A stretch of 64,000 nt of DNA from Nitrospirota bacterium (GTDB lineage: Bacteria > Nitrospirota > UBA9217), in NCBI GenBank assembly GCA_035625205.1, contig DASPQB010000113.1, positions 13,078 to 77,077 of the forward strand, read 5' to 3'. The translations under genes and the position numbers were made by a program. The notes under the pieces were generated by a model that was not told where the DNA came from, ran no database searches, and was given only the letters and a program-made list of their open reading frames with translations. Below, piece by piece: positions 1 to 9,170 of this stretch (position 1 is its first letter; each line of letters begins with the position of its first letter).

Positions 1-1102
1 CGGCCAGCTTGCGTTCGGTGAAATCCTGGGCAATGAAAACCGTGCTCTGGTGAATATTCTTCTTATCATAGAGAACAGACACCGACAGCAGCACCGATAT
101 CATTTGACCGCCCTTTGCCCTGTAGGATGCCTCAAACATGCTGGTGCGTTGGTCCGAGGGCAATGACTTCACCCCTGAATATTTTTCCGATTCGTTCCCT
201 ACAAGAATCATGTCAATGGAGTTGCCTTTCAGTTCCTCTTCGCGGTAACCCAACAGGCTGCAAGCCGCGGCATTCGCCCGTATAATCTTATCTTCCTGAT
301 CGGCGACGATCAACGTGTTGATCATGCCCTCTATGATGTTATCCATGTATGACTTGGACACAGTCGTTTTATCAAGGTCCCCGGCCATGCGGTTGAAATT
401 GTCAAATAGCACCTGCAATTCGTCCGCGGCCTGCAGCGTAATCCGGGCAGTAAGGTCGCCTTTTGCGAGGCGGTCCGTCGCTCCGGCAAGTTCGGCCAGT
501 GGTTTGAAGAGAGCCCGTCTTGATACAAAAAATACGACATACCCGAGGATGATGGCCATGGCAATATTGAGCGCGAGAATGAAAAGGACGGTGTTCAGGA
601 TCTGCCGGCGGATGGCATACTGCGACAGACAAATCGTCACTTCACCGATCCTGTACTGACCCGAAAAAACAGGCACGGAAACTTCAGTCACCGCCTCTTT
701 CTTCCTAATGGCATCAATGATATCCTGGAGGTCGCTCTCTTTCGGCAGGCCTGCCAGGATTGCCTTCAATCGCGGCGAGCGGTAATTGATACTGGCAAAC
801 TGTGAGGTAGTGAGGCTTCCATTGGCATCATGGATCACGGTATACAGGATGTCTTCATCTTTGCTCGCGTCGCTGACGATGGAATCGAGCCGAATGTCGT
901 CCTTCATGATCAGCGGGTCACTGCTGAGCATGGCTATGTACGATGCGAAACTTCGACCCTTTGTAATGAGGGACCTATTCAGTATCCGACCCTCGTTTAC
1001 CGCAATGACCGTACTCAGGACCACGGTACTTATAAAGAGGATGGTCGACAGGTCTTTGAGGAATCTGTACCGAATGCTTTCATACTTACGCTGTACCGCC
1101 AT
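1..1102 (-). CDS. Partial signal-transduction sensor protein, N-terminal part only (TM helix, HAMP-like linker, PAS-like domain). The C-terminal output domain lies beyond the window start.
   Basis: An unbroken minus-strand frame runs from the ATG (complement of ~1100-1102) to the window edge. The translation MAVQRKYESIRYRFLKDLSTILFISTVVLSTVIAV... has a hydrophobic segment, a HAMP-like stretch (LAKGDLTARITLQAADELQVLFDNFNRMAGDL) and a PAS-like stretch (NTLIVADQEDKIIRANAAACSLLGYREEELKGNSIDMIL). It is absent from the ORF track because no stop falls inside the window. Confidence 0.6.
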   Translation of the reverse strand, partial: MAVQRKYESIRYRFLKDLSTILFISTVVLSTVIAVNEGRILNRSLITKGRSFASYIAMLSSDPLIMKDDIRLDSIVSDASKDEDILYTVIHDANGSLTTSQFASINYRSPRLKAILAGLPKESDLQDIIDAIRKKEAVTEVSVPVFSGQYRIGEVTICLSQYAIRRQILNTVLFILALNIAMAIILGYVVFFVSRRALFKPLAELAGATDRLAKGDLTARITLQAADELQVLFDNFNRMAGDLDKTTVSKSYMDNIIEGMINTLIVADQEDKIIRANAAACSLLGYREEELKGNSIDMILVGNESEKYSGVKSLPSDQRTSMFEASYRAKGGQMISVLLSVSVLYDKKNIHQSTVFIAQDFTERKLA

Positions 1103-1142
1103 GAGGCACCATTCCTTCCGGCAGCGGCCGAATATCGCGCTG

Positions 1143-2108
1143 CTACTTGATCTTCTTTGTCACCTTTTTCATGAATTCAGAAGGGATCGGGAACTGCCCC
1201 TCCCTCGCCGTCTTCATATTAAGAATCACCTCGAATTTTGTAGGGACATCGATGGAAAGCGAAGACGGTTTAGCGCCGCGAAGAATCTTCACTGCCTTCT
1301 CGCCGGCATGCCGGCCCACGGCATAGGGATCCGCACAAACGCCCATCAGGACTCCCTTCTCGATCAAGTCCTCAAGATGGGAAACGGTCACTACCCCGGC
1401 CTTGGTCGCCAAGTCCACAATTGTCGCAATCCGGCTGTTCACCAGATTGCTGCCGGTAATGTAGATCCCGTCCACCGTGTGCAGTACTTCCGGAAGAAGC
1501 CGATCAATGTCTTCATTGGCGGCGATAAGCACTGGAATGGTCTTGATCCCGGTTTTCGTTTGTATGTTTTCCAAATCCGTGAGTACCGACTCGGAGTTCT
1601 TCTCGCCCGCTGTATACAGCACCGCGAGCCTCTTTACTGGCCGCAGTAATTTCAGGTTGTCCAGAACCTTCACCATGGAGACCTTGGTAGAGGTCCCTGT
1701 TGTGTTGTTTCCTGAACTCTTCCACGATTTCGCTATTCCTGCTTCTACGGGGTCATAGACGACACTGAAGACAATCGGCACATCCTTGATTTCCTTAGCC
1801 AAGATCACAGCGGAAGACGTGCCCAGGGCAATTATTAAGTTAAACTTTTCGATGGCGAATTTCTGTGCCAGCTCCACAGCCTTCGCCTTATTTGCGCCCG
1901 CTTCCTCGATGAGGTAGTGCGTATTCGATCCTGTATAGCCAGCTTCGGAGAGCTTATCCTTGATGCCTTTTGCCGCCTCTAGGTATCGGGTCTCGTCACT
2001 GAATATGAGAAACCCGATTCGTTTCTCTGCACAGGCATTACTGGACATGAGCGCTGCGATAAAAAAAACAACTATGGCGAAGAACAATTTATTTAAGCTT
2101 TGCATCAT
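1143..2108 (-). CDS. Periplasmic 'ABC transporter substrate-binding protein' family protein (PF04392-like), co-oriented with the downstream sensor gene.
   Basis: The 321-aa ORF has an N-terminal signal peptide (MMQSLNKLFFAIVVFFIAALMSSNACA). Its body (KRIGFLIFSDETRYLEAAKGIKDKL...DVPIVFSVVYDPVEAGIAKSW...) is typical of this sensor-associated binding-protein family. It ends 40 nt upstream of the kinase start. Confidence 0.75.
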   Translation of the reverse strand: MMQSLNKLFFAIVVFFIAALMSSNACAEKRIGFLIFSDETRYLEAAKGIKDKLSEAGYTGSNTHYLIEEAGANKAKAVELAQKFAIEKFNLIIALGTSSAVILAKEIKDVPIVFSVVYDPVEAGIAKSWKSSGNNTTGTSTKVSMVKVLDNLKLLRPVKRLAVLYTAGEKNSESVLTDLENIQTKTGIKTIPVLIAANEDIDRLLPEVLHTVDGIYITGSNLVNSRIATIVDLATKAGVVTVSHLEDLIEKGVLMGVCADPYAVGRHAGEKAVKILRGAKPSSLSIDVPTKFEVILNMKTAREGQFPIPSEFMKKVTKKIK

Positions 2109-2988
2109 AGTCTCTCCTTATGAATCCGCCTATCCTCGGACCACTAGCGGAAACTAGTGCCAATTACAACATGGGCTTCTCTCTACGGAAATTAATACCA
2201 CCTTGTATAGAGCTCAATACCAGATTGAGGCAAAACCAGGATGTAACTAGTAACGGAAAACTATATCACAAAATTCAATTATACAAAATATATTTGTGAT
2301 CGGTTCCATGGTTTGACCGCAGGAAGAGTCGATCAACCCAGGGACTCATCGGAATGAGGTAATGCGGGCCTGATGTCTGGCCAGGGCCACGAAGTTGAGG
2401 TTGCAAATGTCTGCAGAAACGGGGTTAATAAAGGGCTTTGTCGCGTCTCACAAGGAAAATTTTTAGAGCCACGCTCAATACTTAAGGGGTCCTGAAAGGT
2501 CGTGCCGTGAAATACGCATCATCTGAGTTGCTGGAGAAAATGCCCATAGCGACCTGGTCTTCGGTCCACCCATGCGGTTTCAATCTATCCTCTGCCCGTC
2601 CGTCCAATTCTGGGACGTATAGCATACAAAAATTCGTTTTCTGCAGGACAATATCAGGGCAGAGGCAAGGTCGCCGGGAGCGGATGGAACATGTAACGTT
2701 GGGAGCCTGTCAAACGGGTCGCGTGGTCCAAGCTAAATAAAAATGATCAAAAACCATAGGCACCCTTTTTCGTCAACGGGAGGAATCAGATATCATGGAG
2801 AGTGCATGCAAGAAATTATTATTGACCGGACGTAGCGCGCATGATAACTTGTCTCTCAGACGTTCCGGTCAGAACCGGTTCATCAGCAAAGAATGATCGG
2901 GACAGATGAATTGATCAGATATCGGCAGGAGCGCATTTACTAGACTTGTCCCGCTATTCACGTTTTTCGTCTCCTGGGGAAAGGCCGC

Positions 2989-4386
2989 ATGAAATACACC
3001 AAGAGCTTCAAAGGGCAGAGATACGTCTTCGAGGATATTAAAACCCTTCTGGCTAGGGCGTCGCCGCTGCGGTCAGCGGATGAGCTGGCCGGGATTGCCG
3101 CAACCTCGGAGGAAGAGCGGGCAGTCGCCCAATGGCTCCTGTCCGATCTGCCGTTGTCGAAGTTCCTCGCGGAACCATTGATTCCGCCGGAGGAAGACGA
3201 GGTCAGCCGGCTCATAGAGGAGACCCACGACCGAACCGCATTCGCCCCGATTTCGTCTTTCACGGTGGGTGAATTTCGCGAATGGCTTTTGACCAATGCC
3301 ACCTCGGACGAAGAAATTGCTGCGATCCGATTTGGGATTACGCCGGAAATGGCAGCGGCGGTTTCCAAGATCATGCGCAACCAGGATTTGATTGCGGTAG
3401 CCAGACGCTGTTCGGTAACAACCCGGTTCCGCAACACTATTGGACTGCCGGGCCGACTCGCCACGCGGCTGCAACCCAATCATCCTACCGACGATCCCCG
3501 GGGAATCGCCGCCAGTGTGCTGGATGGGCTGCTTTACGGCAGCGGCGATGCGGTCATCGGCATTAACCCGGCGACGGATAGCCCGAAGAACGTGGAACGC
3601 CTGCTCCATCTTCTTGATGACATCATCCGGCGGCATGAAATCCCTACTCAGTCCTGCGTGCTGGCTCACATCACCACCACGCTGGAACTGATGCGCCGCG
3701 GCGCTCCGGTGGATTTGGTGTTTCAGTCCATCGCCGGGACCGAAGCGGCCAACAAAAGCTTCGGAATAAACCTGGAGCTTTTGTCCGAAGCACGCGAGAC
3801 AGCACTTGCCATGAGACGCGGAATAGTGGGCGACAACCTGATGTATTTTGAAACCGGGCAGGGCAGCGCGCTGTCAGCCAACGCCCATCACGGAATCGAT
3901 GCGCAAACCTGCGAGGCGCGGGCCTATGCCGTAGCCCGTGCGTTCTCGCCTCTCTTGGTCAATACCGTGGTCGGTTTCATCGGGCCGGAATATCTCTACG
4001 ACGGCAAACAGATTATTCGAGCCGGGCTGGAGGACCATTTCTGCGGCAAACTGCTAGGCCTGCCCATGGGTTGCGACGTGTGCTACACCAACCACGCTGA
4101 GGCTGACCAGAACGACATGGACAATCTGATGACCCTGCTCGCTGTGGCGGGCTGCACCTACATCATGGGCGTTCCCGGCGCAGACGACGTCATGCTGGCC
4201 TATCAGAGCACCTCATTCCATGACGCGCTGTATCTCCGCCGCGTACTGGGACTCAGACCCGCGCCTGAATTCGAGGATTGGCTGAACCGTATGGGGATAT
4301 TCGACGGGCGCAACGCAGTATGCCAAGGCATCAAATCGCCTCGGCTCTTAGGCGCCATCAACGAGCTGACGAAAGAGGAACTATGA
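2989..4386 (+). CDS. eutB: Ethanolamine ammonia-lyase large (heavy) subunit.
   Basis: The 465-aa ORF has full-length EutB-like sequence (MKYTKSFKGQRYVFEDIKTLLA...GINPATDS...). Its TGA overlaps the eutC ATG (ATGA). Confidence 0.93.
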   Translation: MKYTKSFKGQRYVFEDIKTLLARASPLRSADELAGIAATSEEERAVAQWLLSDLPLSKFLAEPLIPPEEDEVSRLIEETHDRTAFAPISSFTVGEFREWLLTNATSDEEIAAIRFGITPEMAAAVSKIMRNQDLIAVARRCSVTTRFRNTIGLPGRLATRLQPNHPTDDPRGIAASVLDGLLYGSGDAVIGINPATDSPKNVERLLHLLDDIIRRHEIPTQSCVLAHITTTLELMRRGAPVDLVFQSIAGTEAANKSFGINLELLSEARETALAMRRGIVGDNLMYFETGQGSALSANAHHGIDAQTCEARAYAVARAFSPLLVNTVVGFIGPEYLYDGKQIIRAGLEDHFCGKLLGLPMGCDVCYTNHAEADQNDMDNLMTLLAVAGCTYIMGVPGADDVMLAYQSTSFHDALYLRRVLGLRPAPEFEDWLNRMGIFDGRNAVCQGIKSPRLLGAINELTKEEL

Positions 4387-5162
4387 ACGACTCGTGGGTT
4401 GCCTTACGCCGGTTTACCCAGGCGCGTATAGCCTTGGGACGGGCCGGACACGCCGTTCCGACCCAGGTTCTGCTGGATTTTCAACTGGCCCATGCGAAGG
4501 CGCGGGACGCCGTGCACGTTTCCTGGAACATCGATGCTTTTGCCGGGCTGGTGCGGGACCTTGGTGAGGAGGTCCTGATCCTGGATACGCCCATCGGTAG
4601 CCGCGACGAGTATATCCGTCGGCCGGACCTCGGCCGAGTTCTCACCGAAGGATCGCGAACCAGGCTGAGGAATTCCAATATCGCTGCAGCGGACGCAGCG
4701 CTGATAGTTACGAACGGATTGTCCTCAACCGCCGTCGAGCGGCACGGGATTCCCCTCCTGCAAGCGATAACGAACGCCTATCGGACACGGCAATTGCGTA
4801 TCGCCCCGGTTTCACTGGCGGCCAACGGCCGCGTGGCTTTATCGGACGATATCGGCAGCGTTATTGCTGCGCGGGTCGCGGTAATCATCGTCGGTGAACG
4901 TCCCGGCCTCAGCGCCGCCGACAGTCTCGGCATTTACCTCACTTATGCGCCGAAACCGGGCACCACCGATGCAAAGCGTAACTGCATCTCCAACATTCGG
5001 CCACCGGAAGGTTTGAGCTACGAGGCCGCCGCTGCAAAATTGCTTTACCTGACAGAGGAAGCCATAAGGCGAAGTATTTCCGGGGTTGAGCTTAAGGATG
5101 AAATGACGGGCTTACCGGACGACGGGGAAAATATCGTAAGGCCTCCGAAGTTGCTGAGTTGA
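4383..5162 (+). CDS. eutC: Ethanolamine ammonia-lyase small (light) subunit.
   Basis: ATG 4383 overlaps the eutB stop. The translation MNDSWVALRRFTQARIALGRAGHAVPT... matches the EutC N-terminal motif. The ORF track shows a longer overlapping ORF starting at 4278; the internal ATG fits translational coupling. Confidence 0.88.
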   Translation: MNDSWVALRRFTQARIALGRAGHAVPTQVLLDFQLAHAKARDAVHVSWNIDAFAGLVRDLGEEVLILDTPIGSRDEYIRRPDLGRVLTEGSRTRLRNSNIAAADAALIVTNGLSSTAVERHGIPLLQAITNAYRTRQLRIAPVSLAANGRVALSDDIGSVIAARVAVIIVGERPGLSAADSLGIYLTYAPKPGTTDAKRNCISNIRPPEGLSYEAAAAKLLYLTEEAIRRSISGVELKDEMTGLPDDGENIVRPPKLLS

Positions 5163-5931
5163 GTTCTGGCAGATAACGCATCGACCTTACATCGGATAAA
5201 GAGCCACGCACGACTTACAGTCAGTGTCAGCTCTTACCCGTCTCAGGTGACTGAGCGAGCGGAGGGTGCGTAACTTCGTCCGAATTTTGCGGTAAGCTTG
5301 CTGGCCGCCTACGGGGTCATCGGTCTCGCCCTGCTTTGCACCGCTGCACCTCCGTGGGACCATTTATTAACGCTGATCGATACCATGCACATCGTTCGAG
5401 CGATGGTTACAATTCTCTTCTCGCCTACTGCACGCGATCATTCCGGGGCAGCGGCAGTCCGAAGCACTTCCCACCCTCATCCATCGCGACTACGGTGATC
5501 CTCGTCGTCTTTGGCGCTTTGACCGGCCCGCATGACTCCCGGATCGCAGCAAATCTGCCAGCACCATGGGGAGAAGTTTGAGAACAAATCAACTTCAGCG
5601 TTTCTCTGCTCTGGGCCGCTGTGCTGGCCAACGCTCTCTTCCGCCTCCGAGATGCTCAGGCCCCCGATGACTTTGGTAGATCGGTAACGATCTCTCGAAA
5701 CTGCTCTGATGCCGCCTCCAACTCTATATCATCTCGGGGACGACTCCGCACTTAGAACAAAGAGGGGAATAGCATTAACACCCACCTCCGCACCGACCGT
5801 GAATACAACCGTGGGCAGCCTGTCCGTTATGGTACGTTCCAAGCCGAATCCGCTCGAAGCTATGAGATTTGCGGCCATCGGAACAACCGGATATACAATC
5901 TTCGCAATTGAGTTACGTGCTGCCTTGCGGG

Positions 5932-6240
5932 CTAATAACCCGAAGCTTTTGCGAAAGCGCTTGCTTGATCATGCAGGAAATAAATATCCGGCTTGTCAAT
6001 GACACCCGCCTTCTCCATTGCCTGCCGCAAATCCAGAGATTCGGAAAACGCTTTTGCACGGTCGAGGTCTTTGGCCTCGAATAGAATAATCACCTCATTC
6101 GTCTCGTTTGCGCCGCGAAACAGATACTTCTCGGTGAGACCCGCCTCAAGCCGCTTCGGGAGGTGGGCATCATAGCCACGCTTCCACACCGAATAATCTC
6201 TGACTTTATGTCGAACAAGTATATAGGTAGTCATCTTCAA
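5932..6240 (-). CDS. Small alpha/beta-barrel protein (Dabb/ABM-like fold), function unknown.
   Basis: A 102-aa ORF (MKMTTYILVRHKVRDYSVWKRGYDAHLPKRLEAGL...). Its composition is coding-like and its size and pattern suggest a stress-responsive alpha/beta barrel. No family assignment is certain. Confidence 0.4.
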   Translation of the reverse strand: MKMTTYILVRHKVRDYSVWKRGYDAHLPKRLEAGLTEKYLFRGANETNEVIILFEAKDLDRAKAFSESLDLRQAMEKAGVIDKPDIYFLHDQASAFAKASGY

Positions 6241-6737
6241 CCTCCTGCGCTGCCGACATTCATCGCCATCTCTTCCATCAGGTCAGTACGATTGCGGCAG
6301 TTCGCTTTGTATAGCTTACTTGCATGCTTACTATAAGAATATCTCCTCTTCGTGCAATGTCAATGCTACTTAAGTCCGTCGCATATCAGCATCAGATTTG
6401 ACACAGTTTGAACCCCGCCTTACCTGCAAGCGGAAACTGATCTGGCCAGCATGCAATAGGATCACGAAATCGGTGCAGCCTGTCTTCTCGTGATCGATGT
6501 TTTATAGGTATGAACTGATTCATAATAAAGTACCACCCGCTGCGCAGTCCGTGTCACGATGCTTGATAGCTATTGTTCGGGACCCTGCCGCAGGCCTTAT
6601 TTTTTTTCAGTGATATACTTATGACATCAGATGTTCTCAGGATTGAAAAACATGTTCATGCGTGCTTCAATTCCAACGTGACGACGGTTCAGTCGCAGTT
6701 TTACTGGTTGGCTGAGCATGAATATGAGGAGGAGACT

Positions 6738-7178
6738 ATGAACACACTAGAAATCGTTAAAAAGGCTTTAGCAGAAATCGAAAAAGGGACTATCGATGCA
6801 TCGATGTATAGCGAGGACATGATCTTCAGCGGACCAGTGCCAAAGCCCCTAAAACGGGATGAGTACTTGACGCTGCTTAGGAACTTGGTCGGAGCGTCCC
6901 CCGACTGGAATTTTCATGCCCGCAACTTCACCGTCCTCGGCGACACGGTTAAGGTAACTGTCAGCATAACAGGCACGCAGACCCGGACCTTACCAGGGCT
7001 TATGCCGGGCATGCAGGCGCTGCCACCGACCAACAAGCGCTTCATTCTTCCCGAGGAGCACCTATCAATCAAGGTATGCGGAGATAAAATCTGTGAACTT
7101 GTTGCCGATGTGGTGCCAGATGGTGGCGTCATTGGAATACTGACGCAACTGGGCGTAAACATAAAGAAAGCGGCATGA
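6738..7178 (+). CDS. NTF2-like / SnoaL-like domain protein.
   Basis: A GAGGAGG RBS precedes ATG 6738. The translation MNTLEIVKKALAEIEKGTIDASMYSEDMIFSGPVPKPLKRDEYLTLLRNL...NFTVLGDTVKVTVSITG is NTF2-fold-like. The longer track ORF from 6573 lacks an RBS. Confidence 0.55.
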   Translation: MNTLEIVKKALAEIEKGTIDASMYSEDMIFSGPVPKPLKRDEYLTLLRNLVGASPDWNFHARNFTVLGDTVKVTVSITGTQTRTLPGLMPGMQALPPTNKRFILPEEHLSIKVCGDKICELVADVVPDGGVIGILTQLGVNIKKAA

Positions 7179-7836
7179 AGGCACACTGATGTCGTATGGC
7201 AAAGCGGGGCCGTTCCTCTCTCGAGCACCAGGTTGTTTCTGCCAGCAAACGGTTCCCGCTCTCCGCCGCACTAAAATCTCAGACCGCACCGATTCACGAG
7301 AAGGGTCTGATGGATGATGTTATGCGTCGTAAGCTTTGCTCTGACGCTATCTTGACAAAGATGGCGAGGTGATGAGGAAACTTCCACAATTATCGTAGAA
7401 TCTCTAGAGTTCTTGTTTCTGTTTGGAGAACGCTAAACCTCCTTCTCTAATTCTAGTCTGAACGGATATGAAAATGACCTCGCATTCATCATTGATCTAA
7501 GCCAAGTTGTTGCACCAGGTGCAGAGTTGAACGCTAAAATCCTTGAGGGTTCTAAAAAACTGAACAGACCAAAAGTGGGAATTGCTTGCTCTTGCTTTTC
7601 TTACTCGTATGCAAGCTGTATTTTGGTATTCTTGAACCTTATCATAAAATTGACTATGCAAAATTGCAGGTATTGACGAGATAGATACAAATTTTGACGA
7701 GGTGCAAAATCGCAGTTGAAACATGCGGTGTGGACTCTATACTGAATCTGTGATTGGGAAAAAACAAAACGAATAGCAGGTCACCTCTTCGTTCTGCGCG
7801 GAGGTGAATCGTTTATCCTAAGAGAATAGGTTACTG

Positions 7837-8547
7837 ATGGCTGTTAAGACAAAAGTGCTCGTGGCGCAAACTGTAATCCTGTTTCTGGTCTTTGCTGTGG
7901 CCTTATTTCTCCCGGCTGGCACCATCGCTTGGCTTTCTGGGTAGATCTTCCTCGTCCTGTTTTTTGGTTTTTACATAACCGTCAATTTATGGCTATACAG
8001 GCACAACCCTGGATTGCTCCAAGAGCGCATGACCATGTTCAAATCCAATCAAAAAATGTGGGATAAGGTCCTGTTTACCTTGATAGAAGTTCTCTTCATT
8101 GCATGGTTGGGCCTAATGTCGTTAGACGCTGTTCGATTTCGATGGTCACAATTGCCAGTCTGGCCTCAGGTTGCTGGGGCGATAATCCTGTTGTCCTCGT
8201 TTTACGTGTTTTTTCTATCTTTTCGAGTAAACCCTTACCTGTCACCAGCCGTTCACATTCAGAAAGAGCGAGGGCAGACAGTAATTTCAACAGGTCCCTA
8301 TCACTATGTACGTCATCCAATGTATTCGGCCTTCATTCCCTTTGTGATAGGAACTCCGCTCTTACTGGGATCCTGGTACGGCGTTCTTGTAGGGGCAATC
8401 CATGTGGCCATTGTTGCGAGACGAGCGGTTTTGGAAGAACGCATGTTACGGAAGGAACTTACAGGATATGACGTCTATATGGTCCGAGTCAAATATCGTC
8501 TCATCCCCTATATATCCCCTATATATGGTAGGGATGATCGTGCTTGA
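7837..8547 (+). pseudogene. Isoprenylcysteine carboxyl methyltransferase (ICMT)-family membrane methyltransferase interrupted by an in-frame TAG at 7942-7944. A downstream TTG 8014 or ATG 8029 start would lack the first TM helix.
   Basis: The frame from ATG 7837 reads MAVKTKVLVAQTVILFLVFAVALFLPAGTIAWLSG, then TAG, then IFLVLFFGFYITVNLWLYRHNPGLLQERMTMF..., continuous with track ORF 8014..8547. That ORF carries the ICMT motif GPYHYVRHPMY. Bacterial ICMT-family N-termini typically read ...FLPAGT..W..W.., so the TAG plausibly replaces a TGG (Trp) codon. Confidence 0.5.
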
Positions 8548-9170
8548 TATGAAGACGACCACCCACTCCGTTATAACTCACGTGCGCGAGGTTTATGATC
8601 AGCGGTTCCTCGAAACACCAATAGTTCATTCCGTATTCTTGCCACTGAAATCTGCTGCTTTTTGTTGTTTCATGCGATACCCATAAAAATACCCCATTGT
8701 AATTTTCGATGTATGCTATATTGAAGACATATAAGTTTCGCTTACCTTTTCTTAGTTTCGCAATGACAAATATCAGAATACGTACATATCGTGCACTCAG
8801 ATCCTTTTGATAAATAAGCAACAATGATAAAGCCAAACCCTTCGCGAGAAGGAGATGGAAATCCACGGGTCTTAAAAGACCAAAACGGCCGAGCTGCCGA
8901 AGAATGTGCTCTTTCCTCTTGCTTGGATTTCTTATTTAGCGCAGGATCAAACAATGTGGCAAGGTGGTAGGATCAGGATTCTCAACAGATTACCGAATGT
9001 GGATTACAAACTTTACGAGTCTACGCAAGCGTATTCTGAATCTGTATAATCGCTCTCTTCTCTTCGGCCGCAAACCCTGATGATGAAATGTTCAGCACTA
9101 TGTTTCGAGCAAGGAGAGCGTGCAGCACGGATAATTCGTAACCTACCGGAGGTTTAACACGAAACGGTTA

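Noticed and set aside
786-1649. 287-aa plus-strand ORF (and 315..659, 830..1150) in the ORF track.
   Set aside because: It lies antisense to the much more convincing sensor and binding-protein genes. The translation is low-complexity with no motifs. It is a typical GC-rich antisense artefact.
2160-2988. Possible cobalamin riboswitch upstream of eutB.
   Set aside because: No clear B12 box (GCCACTG-like core) or conserved stems could be recognised by eye. This is left as a testable suggestion only.
3073-3669. 198-aa minus-strand ORF overlapping eutB.
   Set aside because: It is antisense to a highly conserved enzyme gene and has no motifs.
5163-5931. Multiple short ORFs between eutC and the alpha/beta-barrel gene.
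   Set aside because: None has an RBS or recognisable motif. Some minus-strand stretches look vaguely protein-like and may be gene debris, but nothing is supportable.
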